Shown: positions 26,110 to 39,769, numbered from the whole stretch's first letter. The stretch: DNA of 63,647 nucleotides, filler included, from Choristocarpus tenellus KU-1152 (GCA_964200185.2; 13 parts of 13 records of this genome joined end to end with filler, not necessarily neighbours in it); one strand, 5' to 3'. Notes: generated from the letters alone by a model not told the origin. Program-made: numbers and translations.

Positions 26110-26970
26110 ATGCTTTCACTTCTGCGGTTCGACGTAACGTTTTCTTGCTCAGGATTCTTGTTTCAAATCGACATACACACCCCCCAACAGTCTTGCCGTG
26201 CTTTGGAACTTGATGGCATTTACCGTTCGACAGAACACATCAAATTCATTCACTACTATCTGCCATATGTCAAGCACAAACCTGCGCATGGTTGCCCTCC
26301 CGACATCCAACCCGGGTCAGCACATAAATTCCTTTCATCTTCATCTTTCACTTTCGCGGTTCGATGTAATGTTTTTCCTACTCAGGTTGTTCTTATTTCA
26401 AAGCGACACAGACACCCCCAACCGTCTTTCTGCGCTTTGGAAATTGATGGCCTTTACCGTTCGACAGAACACATCAAATTCATTCATTGCTGTCTGCCAT
26501 ATGTCAAGCACAAACCTGTGCATGGTTGTGTTCAATTAGACTCTTCCCAACTCTATCGGAAAGTTACGGTAAAATATGTATGGAGTAACTGAACAATCAA
26601 TTAGTGGTTGAGTTATCAGAACCTTTTACTAGTGATTAGTTGAACGAGAATTTTTCTCATATAAAATAAATATTTATGATTTTATGGGGCCCGCCTAAAT
26701 ATAATCAATCACTCTACAGACACCAAGCAATCTCCCCGGGTTTATAACCTTTACCCTCTTTGATGATTTTGGGGATACTTTAACAGGTTGCCCTCCCGAC
26801 ATCTAACCCGGGTCAGCGTGTAAATTCCTTTCATCTTCATCTTTCACTACTTTCGCGATTCGATTTAGTGTTTTCCTGCTCAGGATTACTGTTTCAAATC
26901 AACACACACCCGCCCAACCGTCTTGCTGCGCTTTGGAAATTGATGGCCTTTACCGTTCGATAGAACACAT
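26110..26970. repeat. ~234-bp tandem repeat, about 2.5-3 copies, interrupted by a solo LTR
   Basis: TACCGTTCGA.AGAACACATC recurs at 26221, 26455 and 26951. Confidence 0.85.
26529..26785. mobile_element. Solo LTR (257 bp)
   Basis: TGTT...AACA termini with a 5-bp duplication GGTTG (26524-26528 and 26786-26790). The empty site CATGGTTGCCCTCC is preserved in the neighbouring repeat unit at ~26288. Confidence 0.85.
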
Positions 26971-28166
26971 CCTCAGTGAGGAGGTATGTTCGTAGATAGT
27001 GCTGCTGGTACACTATAGACACCATCGGTGGAGTAGATTAGGAAATACAGNNNNNNNNNNNNNNNNNNNNNNNNNNNNNNNNNNNNNNNNNNNNTTAATT
27101 AATTAANNNNNNNNNNNNNNNNNNNNNNNNNNNNNNNNNNNNNNNNNNNNCCAAATGGACAGCCGCCACCCCCTCCCAGATACTTTGAGCCAGATGGCAT
27201 CTAATGTGCTTCTTCTGCCGTGTAGAAACCACTACTGAACGGGCTTTTCCTACTACATGGAATAGTCACGCGATCATTGCTGGTACAATTAACACATGTT
27301 CTTTTTTTGTCACAACAGAAATTTATCGGTGTAATCTGATGATTCATACACCATTCCCTGAAGATGGCGTGTAAAATGCCTCAATGTGCGCAGGCTGGCT
27401 CTTTCTGACACTGTTGTTCCTAACTAGCAACATAGTTGGGTTGTACTCAAGGAGTGAGTGCTTACGCACTAAAAAACTAAAAAAGTGATTCGGGCCACCA
27501 CCTTCAACTCGGAGTCTGTGCCTTCTTGGTCCTGTTTTACATTCCACAGGTTACCACACCAAGGGGGAGACCTGTTACACTTTTGTGAAGTATGCCGAAT
27601 TAATTCCGTATACACAAGTTTTTGGGGCTCTGAGGTAGTCACCCCCTAATCAAGCAACACTGCAGTGCAGACGATGAAACTTGAGGAGTGGGGGTAAGAG
27701 TACTACTTGCACCTTACACGATGGGTCAAAAAACCTTGTGGGAATTGCTAGCATCTGTGCCTTGGAAGTGCCCTATCTCGCGCTTCATTTCTAAAAGAAA
27801 AGAAGAGAAGGTAGCCAGTTCTGTGTCCAGAACTGGCCGGCCAAAAAAAATGGAAGGCGACTTTCTTAAATTAGAGATAGGCGTACGGTTCCCTTAATTG
27901 GGATGGCGAATTTCCCCGGGTGAGAAGATCCCGCATGCATGGTGGGTGTTGCCCTCATCTGTTGCAATAGCATTTTTTGTTGCATGAAGCTCCTCCGGCA
28001 AGTTCAACCCAGATTGGCACAGATTTCATTCCCTGCTTCCCTAAAAATAACAGTTCCTTCTTGCGCCGACATGTTGTACATATACTACATACAACCACTC
28101 CTAGTCTATACTGAATTTCATACGCATGCATAATATAGCTACTAGTGCTACATATACGTTACCAAC

Positions 28167-28368
28167 ACCTACTCCCTCCCACCTTCATTGGGTGAATTGC
28201 TAAACAAACAAGGTAGGGAGGTAGGTCCAAAACCACCTACTCCCTCCCACCTTCACTGGGTGAATTGTTAAACAAACAAGGTAGGGAGGTAGGCCCAAAA
28301 CCACCTACTCCCTCCCACCTTCACTGGGTGAATTGCTAAATAAACAAGGTAGGGAAGTAGGGTCAAAC
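28167..28368. repeat. 68-bp tandem repeat, 3 copies, each unit self-complementary
   Basis: ACCTACTCCCTCCCACC...GGTAGGGAGGTAGG units start at 28167, 28235 and 28303. Confidence 0.92.
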
Positions 28369-28546
28369 TCACCGACTCTTTGGTGTGGGGTTGACTCAGT
28401 CAGTCAGGGCTGAGGGATGAAGCGATCTTGTGGAAGTAAAGACTTTCATATTTTCATTTTCTTTAAATTGATCTTCTGGACTATTTTCCTGCCTATACTT
28501 GAATCTCGTTTTGGTCCTACATCTTTTCTTGCGTTGTTAAGCATTT

Positions 28547-28955
28547 GAGTCAAAGTATCTTAGAGGGTAGAGCTGCATCCATTTGGGGGCCAAAATCCAA
28601 TGTTGCAATTTTGGCCATCATGTTTGTTAAGCGATGTCAACATCCTTGTTCCAGACACATATTTTCATGAAGTATACATTTCATCTACTCCAAAACATTT
28701 GGTGTAGGTAAAACGTCATTGAGATTTGCCCTGTTTGTCCATTTGGGGCTTGGCTTTCCTTGGGGTTTCTTATGATATTTTACCTACTCTGAAATGTTTC
28801 GGAGTAGGTAAAATGTGTACGTTATGAAAAGGTGTGTCCGGAACAAGGATATTGAAACTTCCTAACGAACATGGTAGTCAAAATTACATCAAAATCACAA
28901 CATTGGACTTGGCCCCCAAATGGACGTGGCTCTACCCTCTAAGATACTTTGACTC
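28547..28955. mobile_element. Composite of two MITE copies in opposite orientation
   Basis: The forward copy runs to ...GTAGGTAAAACGTCATT (~28720). A reverse copy follows and ends GATACTTTGACTC at 28955, abutting the copia RT. Confidence 0.85.
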
Positions 28956-31900
28956 ACATGCCGTGGTTGAGCGGTATAGATGTGTCCCGCACTTCCGTGG
29001 AGCCCATCCCGGCCATGACGATGCTTTCCGTATATTGCTGTTGGTCCAGGGTGATGCCCTCCACACCCACAGTCATACCCACCCCAACCAGCTTGTTTAG
29101 CGTGCCAAGGTCCCGCTCCTCGTACTTCTCCAGCAGCGATGCCCTCATCCGCTGGATCTCCTGCATGAAGTCCCCAGTGATGGCAGTGTCGTCCGGGTAG
29201 GTGGTGAGGATAGCAATGTGTCCGTCTTCACTCTTCCTGAAGTAGAGGCACTCGTTGTGTTGGCTGCTTGCCCACCCTTCTGCTAGAATGGTGCCATGTA
29301 GCTCGTGATACCACTCCATGGCTGATTGCTTCAGCCAATAGATGGCCCCCCTGCCTTGACTGTGCACCCGTCCAGAAGCTCCAGCCAGACGTCCTCCTGT
29401 AGTTCTGCATTGAGGTAGGCCTGCGTGAAGTCCAGGGCATCGATGTTCCAACCTTTGTACGCTGCGGCGGACATGATGCCCCATAGTGTGTTGTACCCCA
29501 CCACCAGGCTGAAGATTTCGAAGAAGTCCACACCTGCGTTTTGTGTGAAGCCACGGGCCACGAGTCGCGCCTTATAGCATTCTACTGTCCCGCCTGAGGA
29601 GCGCTTGATTTTGAAGATGAATCGCGTCTTGATCGCCTTCCTCCCTTGGGGCAAGGCCTCGCTACCAAACGTCCCCTTCTGCCATAACCCTTCCATTTCC
29701 TTCTCCATGGCCTCTTGCCACTGCTCTTCATCTGGCCCCCTCAGGGTCTCCTTTGATGTGGATGGCTCGTCTGCACCTGTTGCCACCTCCCCCACGAGAC
29801 CCATAAGGCAGTGTACGTCGTCATTATTTTGCTGTATGAGGGTTGACACGAAGTGGTTCATGTCCGTGTCATCGCCTTCCTCCAGGTTGTACAACTGGGA
29901 TATGCACTCCACCCGCTGGCGCTGCTCCTACCAGGAAGATACCTGCTGTCCAGAGTGTGGGGTCAGCCGCTTGTCCGCTATCTGCACTGCCCTATCCATG
30001 TGCTGGCATTGTCCCATCCTAGGAGAAATCTGTTGACCTTGGTGGGGAGCTGAGCGCTTTGCATCTTGAGTCCCACGCCCAGTGCTTCCACCTGCATGCC
30101 CAGCTGTGTGTGCCTCACCCCCTGTTGCGGACGCCTCCTCTTCGCCTTCGCCATCGATGTTGGTGGCGTCATCATGCTCCGACTCCCCCAGTGTGTCCAG
30201 CTCTGGCTCCCCCACCAATTCCAGCAGTTCGACTACAGACTGGAATTTCACTTATGCGGAAGTCACCAGCTTACCTTCCTGCAGGATCCGCACGCGCCAG
30301 CAGAGTGACGCCCTGTCATGGCCGATGAGGATCCCCGCTTCACGTATGGGTGGAACTTGGCATTGGAGCTGCACTGTTGCTTGGTCTGGTGCGCGAAGCA
30401 CTCCGTCCCAAACACGCGGAGCCGCTTCTAGTTGAACGGCTTGCTGGTCAGGCACTCGCATGGTGTCTCACTGCCTAGATATTTGTGTGGAATGCCTGTG
30501 GTCTTGTATGTGGCGTCTGCCACAGCGAAGAACCAGAACTCCTCCCCAGTCCAGCCTGGATCAGCTGGCTAAGCACCACTTGCATTACCTGTTTAATTGC
30601 CCGCTCAGCAATCCCGTTGCTCTGGGGCGTACGCGAAGGGGTCTTGCGCCACTTCACGACCCGTTCAGTTTGTCTGCGCTGGAACCTTATGCTCTTCCCA
30701 AACTCGCCGGCGCCATCCTCGCTGATGCACCTCACCGCCACCCCTTCCCGAGCCATCTTGTCAATGTAGGCAGTGGTGGCTGCAGTAGCGGAGCCCTTGG
30801 TATACAGACCCATCACGTGCTTCTCCCAACTGGCCTCATCCATGAACACCTGAATGTACTTCATGCCCGTCACGTCCAGGTTGAAGGATCCCTCCAGGTC
30901 TGTGTGCACCACCTCCCTCACCGCCTTGGGGCTGCGGCCGCCCCTTGCATAACTGAGTGCCTCGGACTTGTACTCCTTGCATATCTGGCAGTGGAGCTCC
31001 GAGACAACTGTGGTATCTGCGATGTCCAGGAGGCCGCGCTTCTCCAGGTGCTTGATCACAAACGGGTTGAGGTGACCCAAGATGCTGTACCAGTCGGAGA
31101 GGGAGAGATGCTGCTGCTTATTGGCATAGCTAGCATTGGCTGTCACCTGGCCCTTCTTTCCTTTCTTTATGTGAAACTGGGCCCGCAGCATCAGGAAAGC
31201 TCCCTTCTCCTTCAGATGAATCTTGCCTGCCCCCTTGTTGGGCTGGATGTTGCTCCTCCTGATCCCTGAGTCCACGAACTCATCTCCCTTGCACTGCATG
31301 CTGCCTGTGCTGAGAAGTCTGCATGGCAGACCCGATACCCAGAGCACATCCTGGAGCACAATTGTGATCGGTGTGCCCGTCTCATCAGTTGCCTCCAGCA
31401 CTATCTCGCCGGTTGCTCGTGCATCCAGCATAACCTTGTTTCCGAAGGTGCAGGTGCGTGTGATAGCTGTTGCTGCATTGAGGTCCTGCAGTTGGGGAGT
31501 GAGGTGCACGTTTGAAACCGATTCAAATAGGAGGGTGACGGTCTTGGACAGATCTTAAGATGAAGCCAGGAGTGCTCCCTCGACCATCCTGTTGTACACG
31601 TCCTCCCCAACAGACACGTTCATGGCCAGGAACGCCCGCGATGAGCCCTGGCGATCAGCTTTGCCGCCGCATCCGCCGCCTCTGCTCTGGTCCCTGGCTA
31701 GTGGCGGTGGGAACTTGCGCACCGCCCCAAGTCCATGGGGGCGCTTAGCCGGAGGTTTGCCGGCCATGTACGAGTGGCACTCCTTCCACCTGTGGTTGTG
31801 TTTGAGACAAGAAAAAGTACATTGGTTGGCACAGAGGCCGCTCCCAGACCCCTGTCTCCCTGTCGGTGTCCCTGCACGGGTGTGGAGCGCCATAGCCCCT

Positions 31901-32436
31901 GAGCTCCTGGTCGTCTCCCCTATGACCTCCGTCATCATGTACGAAGAGGACGACGAGATGATGGCTGTCTTGAAGAGGTTGTATGTGAGGTCCGGAGCTG
32001 TGGACAGCTGTACAAACACCTGTGGCATGCTGTGCCTGATGCCGATGATCAGAGCCCCCTTCTAGGTATGGTCCTCCTTGGCCGCCTCCAGCTGTTCGTT
32101 CTCCGTCCAGATGTGATCGAGGCAGATGACTAAATCAGCAGCATCCTCCACCGATGAGCAATACATGTCCCGCAGATTCATCTTGAGAGCTATGAGCTGC
32201 GTGGGCCGTTGCACCACAGCGCACTCCCCGTAGATTTGTTCCAGCTTGAGTCAGGCTGCCCTCCCATTGGCGCTGCCGTTGTTCTTGTGGGTGCTGACCA
32301 CCATCGCTGCGCCCCCCTCGTGCGTGGCCTGGCCCAGCATGAACCACAAGGCCTCACGATGCTTGACGTACTTGTCGTATGCGCTGCGGTCCCCAAACGA
32401 TGTATCCACCGTAGGAGATGCAGGGATGTGGTATGT
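28956..32436 (-). mobile_element. Ty1/copia LTR retrotransposon internal region, decayed (gag-protease-integrase-RT)
   Basis: Zn knuckle CTFSCLKHNHRWKEC; protease-like FESVSNVHLTP; integrase LGHLN, CQIC, VHTDLEG, DGAGEF and PQSNGIAERAIK; RT YKARLVARGFTQ, ALDFTQAYLNAEL and YPDD. Integrase precedes RT, the copia order. There are stops and frameshifts, and no RNase H or LTR is visible. Confidence 0.95.
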
Positions 32437-33378
32437 NNNNNNNNNNNNNNNNNNNNNNNNNNNNNNNNNNNNNNNNNNNNTTAATTAATTAANNNNNNNN
32501 NNNNNNNNNNNNNNNNNNNNNNNNNNNNNNNNNNNNATCGAAATTTTGTAAAAACCTGTGTGTGACCGTGCCTTCCCCCTCCCCCCCCCTGCTCCCGTTG
32601 GTGTGTTTGTCCTGATTAAAATGCTACAATTGTAGGTGTTCCGCATACTTGGTCTGTTTGACCTATGTATTGACACCTTTGAGTATCCCACAAGCACGCA
32701 GAAAGGAGGAGAGGGGGCAGGGGGAGGAGGAGGAGGAGGAGGAGGAGGAGGAGGAGGAGGAGGAAGTGAGACTCTTTTGTGCCATTAACAGCATTGTGTG
32801 TCGCATTCCTTCTTTTTTGTGATTGTGATTGATTGTGATTGATTGTGATTGAACAGAGATGGCCGCAAGAGAGAGCGATGGAGGAGAGATTAGTTACTCA
32901 AACTGTTGCAAGTTCTTCTCAATATCTTTTTTTGTCACATGGCATGTCCTGGTAGACAAAACTCATTCACTCTAGTACGAAGGACTGTTGATTGTTCACA
33001 TGTGCTCGCTTACCCCTATATACTCCTATAAATATATATATATATATATATTATGGGCATGCATTACTTGCTGGTCACCTGTCCCCATCTCCTGTTCAGG
33101 TCTCGAGAAAGCCTGTCTTTATCTACCTCTTTTACTCTCACCATAAGTTACAATTCTTAATCATTTCTTACTCATTTGTTTAATGTGTCAAGCGCAATCC
33201 TCAGATGGTATCTAATGACACACACACATGTTGTGATGCTACTTCAACAATCAAACCAGCATCGCCAACAGAGGTGATACACACTATAATCTACAATCCA
33301 CCCACATGGTACTGCAGGTATGTATATGTACCCTGTTTCCCACACAGAACTTTCCCTTCCAAAAAAAATAAAAACAAG

Positions 33379-35325
33379 GCAGGTACGGCAGCCAAGCAGG
33401 TGCTGGCGCCAGGCGTTTCTGTTTCATCAGAGAAGAGTACCAGGGCAAGCAAGTGGGTGTGCCACCAGGCACAGAGCATAGTCAGGAGGGCAACTCTTAC
33501 TCTCATGGTGGGTCAGAGGAAACAAAGCTCTTTGTGTTAGTGGTATGTCAAGGTTTTGCAGCACAAAGAAGTGTATTATTAATGTGTGTATGGGGTGAAG
33601 TACATCTGTTGGATTGGGGATGGGATGAAGAGCGTACTGATTCTCTTGTTTTTGAATGGAAAGGAAAGGAATGTGTTTCTCTGCTTTTTTGAAATGATTC
33701 AACTGTTTTTTTGAATTTGTGCGTGCAACATCCACTGTTGCATGTCCTTCCCCATCATTGTACACTGCTGGAGGAAACCAGTCGCAGGTCATCAGAAACC
33801 ACAACACTCAAATGCATATTGTCCTGAACACAAAATGTTCCAACTAGTTGTTTGTTTGTTTTTTTGTTGTATCTAATATTTAAATATCCACATACTTTTT
33901 TTTTCTTTTTTAGTGAATGATAGAACTGTTCATAAAATAGTGGGAGGGGGCATGTTGATTTCTTTGCTTGGCATTGTTGTTTGGCCATTTGAGGAGGTCT
34001 TAGTGAGTGTGCTAAGGTTAGGGTTTGTTCTATGATATATTGTGTTGTGAAGTTGCTCTGAAAGAGGTATTGTCCAGATTTGTTGGGTACGGTGTCCAAT
34101 GTAGTCCTTCCTGTATTAGGTATGTTATTCATCTTCTTTTTTTCAATGTGTGATGGTATCAATGTTTCTTGGTATCAATGTGTGGTGGATCAGTATGTCA
34201 CCCACAAAAGTGTTCTCTTTCATCTCTGCGTTCTCATTTAAATTTGTTTTGAGCGAGCTGAATTCCTTCGAGGTGCACTTTTTAATGCACTTTTTAATGC
34301 ACTTTTTAATGCACTTTTTAATTGTACACTTTTAAATCGTCTGCAGTCAGTAGTAATGTGCAATTAAGATGCACACTCCTAATGTTCAGTCTCAGTCCCA
34401 GACAAGTATCGGACAAGTATCAGACATGTATCAACCTCTCCAATCCATTCCTGACGAATCTCACTCTCTCTCCTTTAGTTTCTATTCACTTCTGGTATGT
34501 CACACACACTGGATGCTGTTGGCACAAGTTACTAGCCCACCTCACATATGGATGGGTGTTATTTCTCATCAAGTTACTCTGTGAGGTTACAACTCAGTCA
34601 CGATATGATTGATATTCGTTAACTACTTCACATATCACCTAACAAGAATCAGTTACATATCTAGCTCAGAGGTTGTCTCACCATGTCATACGCTATGCCT
34701 CATGCACACTAATGTCTGTCATGAGAGATGTTTTTTATAGCATTATATGTTTTTTATAACATTATATGTTTTTTATAGCATTATATGTTTTTTATAACAT
34801 TATATGTTTTTTATAACATCTACCGCACCATATGCTACTGGAGTGATAACCCCTCCTCCCGCCTGTGCCGGTGTTTCACTGGAGTAGATGATAAGATGAC
34901 CTAATGCTTAGGTATTGCGTTATCTTTCTTCCCCCTCCCCTTCGTGATTAGCCCCCACCCCCCCTCCCCCACCCTTGCTCTCTAAATCCCATGCATCCCC
35001 TATCCCTGACCTAGTCCCCACTTACCCTCATCCTCTTGGCATCCCCTTCTCCCACACTATTCTGTATTCCCATTGATGATTGATTGCCTACTAAGGATGA
35101 ATGCGCAGTCGAGGTACTGACAACTTCAGCTGAGTTAGGTCTTGCTCCAAAGACTCTTGTTCGGAAGGTCCTTGGGGTCCTGTTGCATGCGCTGAGTGTG
35201 AGCCAGAGCGACCTGTGCCTGGTTCGGTTGTTTGAGGGTGCCATAGACTTTCTCAGGCGTTATGGGGCGCGTGTTTTTGTCGCAGCCGTCGGGGACCGCT
35301 TGCAGGTGGGATATTTTCTTGCCAA

Positions 35326-35372
<47 letters not shown>

Positions 35373-35645
35373 TGTCTTCATTTTTTCTTGTGTGTGTTGC
35401 ATTTTTGCTGTGGTGCTTTTGGTGAATAGTCCTCCCTGCCCCCCTTACAACGCTCTTTCCTCTTCATTTTTGTGTATTTAGGACTGGCTGCGGAGGGCGT
35501 TGATCCATGCTAATGCACAACGATATCGCCTTCGCACATGTGGTAGAAACTTTCTCACATACCTCCTGAGGACTACCTTCCATTTCTATGGGTCCATTGG
35601 GGTCATCAGTACTCCCCTCCTCGCTGTATTCCAGGAGATGATCAG
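33379..35645 (+). CDS. DOCK-family (DOCK-C/D, zizimin-like) guanine-nucleotide exchange factor, internal exons
   Basis: Exons ~33379-33507, 35096-35305 and 35482-35645. KVLGVLLHALSVSQS...DWLRRALIHAN...FLTYLLRTTF resembles the helical region upstream of DHR-2 (KVLLH...QS...LYLLMR..F in DOCK6-11). Confidence 0.65.
34273..34335. repeat. 12-bp minisatellite
   Basis: TGCACTTTTTAA repeated about 5 times. Confidence 0.85.
34727..34820. repeat. ~19-bp minisatellite
   Basis: ATGTTTTTTATARCATTAT repeated about 5 times. Confidence 0.85.
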
Positions 35646-37329
35646 GTGCCTGGTGTGATGAGAAGAATTGTCACCAAACTGCAGTCACAAGATGTCTTCA
35701 TGCATGCATTGATTGCTGCATCGCTGTTTGCCTTCAGTGTCCCCAATACATGAAAGAGTTGGACTGACCTTGCGTGTAAGAAGGATGCTTTCCTGAAAGT
35801 TGGCTCTTAGAGGTGTAACTGTTGTTTCCTATAGTGTTTCCTATAGTGTTTCCTATAGTGCAGTTGTTTTATACGTTTTATCTATGCTGTCAGGCAGGGA
35901 AAATGGAGGATGTAATGAATGAACATTGTGTTATTTTAGTATTTTAGGTGTTATGCATGGAGAGTACCATTCTTATTGAGCACATTATATCTGTAGGGCA
36001 CTAGAGGCAGAGTTAAGTGTAACCTTTAAGCCAGGGAAACAAACAAGGATAGTATCCTGTATCGCTCCTACATTGTGATTTACAGCCTAGCAACCTTGAG
36101 TGACCCTAGGGCACAGCAATAGCAATGGTATGTGTATATTCACAGAGAAGATTAGTAGCAACAATGTCACTAATGGTTTTTTATTCAAACTGCCAATGGG
36201 TCTACCCACCTGTTGTTGGTACTTTATTTGGCATTATTGTTGCAATGTTGGTTCAAAATGCACTTGCTAACACACCTTCAAGATAGTATCCTGTGGACAT
36301 GTGACATGAGTCATGTGACATGAGTCAGGAAAGTGAAACACTTCCTCGTGTCTTTTGGAAAGCCATGTCAGGGGTAACAGTTCACTGCGTTGGGGTACTG
36401 CGAGTCTTACTTCAGTGTGGCTTGGTTGTTTTAGCCATGATGCACTGCTGTGACCCTGAATGATATCAAAGGGTTGTCTCTCACTGATTACTTGGAAAAT
36501 AAATTGTAAAAATATGACCCGAGTTTCTTAACACACAATTGACATGGGCATGGACGTGCAGTCTTGAATATTCTTGGAGGGAGGCATTCCTTTATGACCT
36601 TACAGCCTTCAGGAGTTAACTTTTCTGCTTCAACTTGTTCAGCCTTGCATACCAAATAGATGTTGCTAGCTTTGGACTGACCAGGGTCACTTCCCACCTA
36701 GCAGTCCTCTCTCCTCCCTTATTCCCCATCCTCATGTTTCCTCGTGACTGTTCTCCTGCTTGTATCTCTAAGCTCTAACCACCCTTACCTTTCATTCAAA
36801 TATCAATTTGTACTGTGCTCCATGAGGGAACTGATCCTAATCTTGATTCCCCACCCCCCTGCCCCACTAAACTCCACATGCCCCCTTATGTATGCGTCAT
36901 CATTNNNNNNNNNNNNNNNNNNNNNNNNNNNNNNNNNNNNNNNNNNNNTTAATTAATTAANNNNNNNNNNNNNNNNNNNNNNNNNNNNNNNNNNNNNNNN
37001 NNNNTGTGGTACTGTTTTTCACTTGAAGTTCAAAGCAGGGGAGTGTGTTAAGAATATGCTTTTTATTCATATGCAAAATATGATTCTGTGGGAGAAACAT
37101 TTAGTTGTTGAAGTATTGTTGGATAATGAAAATAATGTCCGCGGGTTATTATAATATACCCCGATAATATGTCTTTGTTAGGTGACAACTAAAATATCGT
37201 CTGCGGGTTATTTTAGTACAACGGATTGAATGACGGGTTATTAGAGAATATGTGAATCATAAGGTGATGACCCCCTTTGAGCTTTGAAGCTCACTCTCCT
37301 TTCTTACACCTTCCTTACTTCATGTACAA

Positions 37330-37402
37330 CCTGTTCGACATAATGAGGAAATAATCGAGTTATTTACACACACAAGTCTTGGGAACACCAGTTTCTTTAA
37401 CA
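37330..37402. mobile_element. LTR-like terminus (…TTTAACA); second copy at 49268-49340
   Basis: Near-identical reverse complement of 49268-49340, which begins TGTTAAAG. It interrupts the DNA-transposon leader homologous to 11285-11828. Confidence 0.7.
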
Positions 37403-39545
37403 TGCGGCGCCACACTCCTCGCACTTTCTTATCACCTAACATTGCACTGAGTTTCACACGGAATTTGTTTTTTTGTTGCCTCTCGACAGAGAAGGTGCCA
37501 AGGGTAGAGATCCAGGGGGCAGAGTAGCCTCGGCAGATCTCCTTGTCTCACCGTCGGGATTCTTGTTGTTGTGTAAGTCACGTGTGTGTGTGTGCTCATA
37601 AAAAGTGTGCAAAAGGCGTTAAAACGAGGAAAATCTTGTTTTTCTTACTTTTTTTTAGGTGAGGGCCGCACCAGCCAAACTTGGGCAGCAACGTACTCCG
37701 GACTAGTTTTCTGCAAGGAGTTTAGCCAACCACTTTCATTTTTGGAAGTTTTGAAGTCGTGACCTTCAAAATTGCCGGAGATATTCCCCTGCGTTTTTTC
37801 CCATTTTTTATCGGGACATAGTTCCCGTTCACCGAAGTTTCTACATTCCTGCCTACAAACCTTTAAAAGGTCTTGTCCTAAGCTTTCAGTTGATATATAT
37901 ATATATTGTTGTATATCTGTTGCGGTGTTCCGGTGAAACAAAGCAGAATTACCACAGAGGCAAAGCTACTGGTACATCTTCACTATAGTGGGACCAATAC
38001 CTTACGCCTACATGGTTGTCTTGTCATAACTTTGATGTAGATATCGGATATAAAAATTAAAAGCATATTCATGATGCCCCTCACAATGCCCTCCAAAGTA
38101 CAGGCTTCGGGGTTTTGTCGCTATTTTTTCCTTTTTTTGAAGAAAGACCCCTCATATTGGGGTTCCAATCCTGGACTATTGGTCACCAAGAGCGGTAACA
38201 GATACACTATTGCTTGATTAAAGTATAGGGTTGTCCTGTCATAAAGTTTGATGTAAATATTGGATATAAAAATGCCCTCAACAATACAGGCTTCGGGGGT
38301 TTATCTCCATTTTTTCTTTTTTTGAAGGAAGACCGCCCATTTTTGGGTTCGAACCCTCGATTGTAGGTCAACAAGGGCTGTAACGGATATACTATTACTT
38401 GATTAAACTATAGGGTTTAGGGGGGGGAATAGCCTCCCTACCTTTTCTTCCTGTGCGTTCGCGCACCCACTCTTTGACCTCGGGAAGGATGTACTCGTCG
38501 AGGTCCAGAACGAAACGCTTCTCGTAGCGCCCTTGCTCCGACACCTTGATGTGGCCCTTGGTTAGGAAGTCTTTCTCCCATTTACTCACAGTTTCTAACC
38601 TGAACATCGCATATTCTGCTGCCATTTTGAGTGCTGTTTGACGGTCTTTCCCGTTGTTCATACACAGGTACAGGATTCGCAGTGTTAGAGCCTATACTAT
38701 CACATTTCCTCGTTGAGCACCAGAAATGGGCGTCTTCTGCGTTTCCTGAGCTGGTGATATTTTATCAAGGCGCAAGGGCGAGGGAAGACAGGCTTGAGTT
38801 CATTGAAAATTGTGTCAATTCCCCAAATGAATGCAGGCCGGGAGAAAGCCTTAATCAACTTTATACGTCCAATCCTAAGTCCAGGAACAAAAACAAATGT
38901 ATGGCATCTTGCAAGAAGTGGGAAACACCGAACCATCAGTGTGCACATAGTCTCAATTTCAAGTCCTCTTCACCACTGGCGTCCTCGTTGATATGGCTAC
39001 CTCGACCTGCTTCACGACCTCTTCTAAGTAGAGGATTTGGTGCTATCAAAAGGTCTCCACAACTGCCTTTGTTACGATCGCTTTCTCCTTCATCTTGCGA
39101 GCCCTTCTGACCATTGGGCTTCAGAGCCCTTGTAGCCCAACCCTGACACCTTCTTTCTCGTTTCCTAAGCCACTCTGTCTCACATAGCTTCCAAACAGCC
39201 AGGGCCTGCTGCAACTGTCGACTACTAAGATATTCTACACCCGAGTTTTCGCTTGGGCGTTTCCTGAGCGCAATAGCAAGTAGTCGCACTGCTCTCCTCC
39301 TCAACCTTCCCTTTGGCCGGCCACTCTGGTTCTCCCTTCGTCGGCTGTGACCAGGCTTCCCCACAGACTTCATCACTGTACCACACCTGGTGATGGACTC
39401 GCCGCTCTCTTCCTGCTTTCCTGAGCCAGCAGAGACTGCAGAGCTGTGTTCCGACATGGTTGAAGATCCAACCACGTTTGTGTGGTAATGCTTTCCATGC
39501 ATCTTCTCTCAGCGTCAGTGTTGCGGCCCCATGGTCCATTGCACG
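37403..39545 (-). mobile_element. Large Tc1-like DNA transposon relics: N-terminal ORF pieces, ~210-bp duplication and leader
   Basis: ORFs 38936-39502 and 38395-38661 (W...F...G...SEQGRYEK...DE.....KEWVR) resemble the pre-catalytic region of large IS630/Tc1-like transposases. There is homology to 11285-12055 and a direct duplication at ~38010-38420. Confidence 0.6.
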
Positions 39546-39769
39546 ATTTGTTCATGTGTTACAGGCAATATGTCTTGATGGCGGTTTCATAAACACCATT
39601 ATGACCTTGAAGTCTTAGATTTGATATATTTGTACTTCTTCACTATTTATTTATTATTTGGTCTTTATGGTCCCCGATTGTGAGAAGACATCGTTGACCA
39701 GTTCCTTTTTATATGATGATATTGATGATAATCCATTTGAGAGATCCAGCATACTTGACGACTTATGCA

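Noticed and set aside
30460-31269. 269-aa plus-strand ORF
   Set aside because: It is the antisense shadow of the GC-rich copia integrase.
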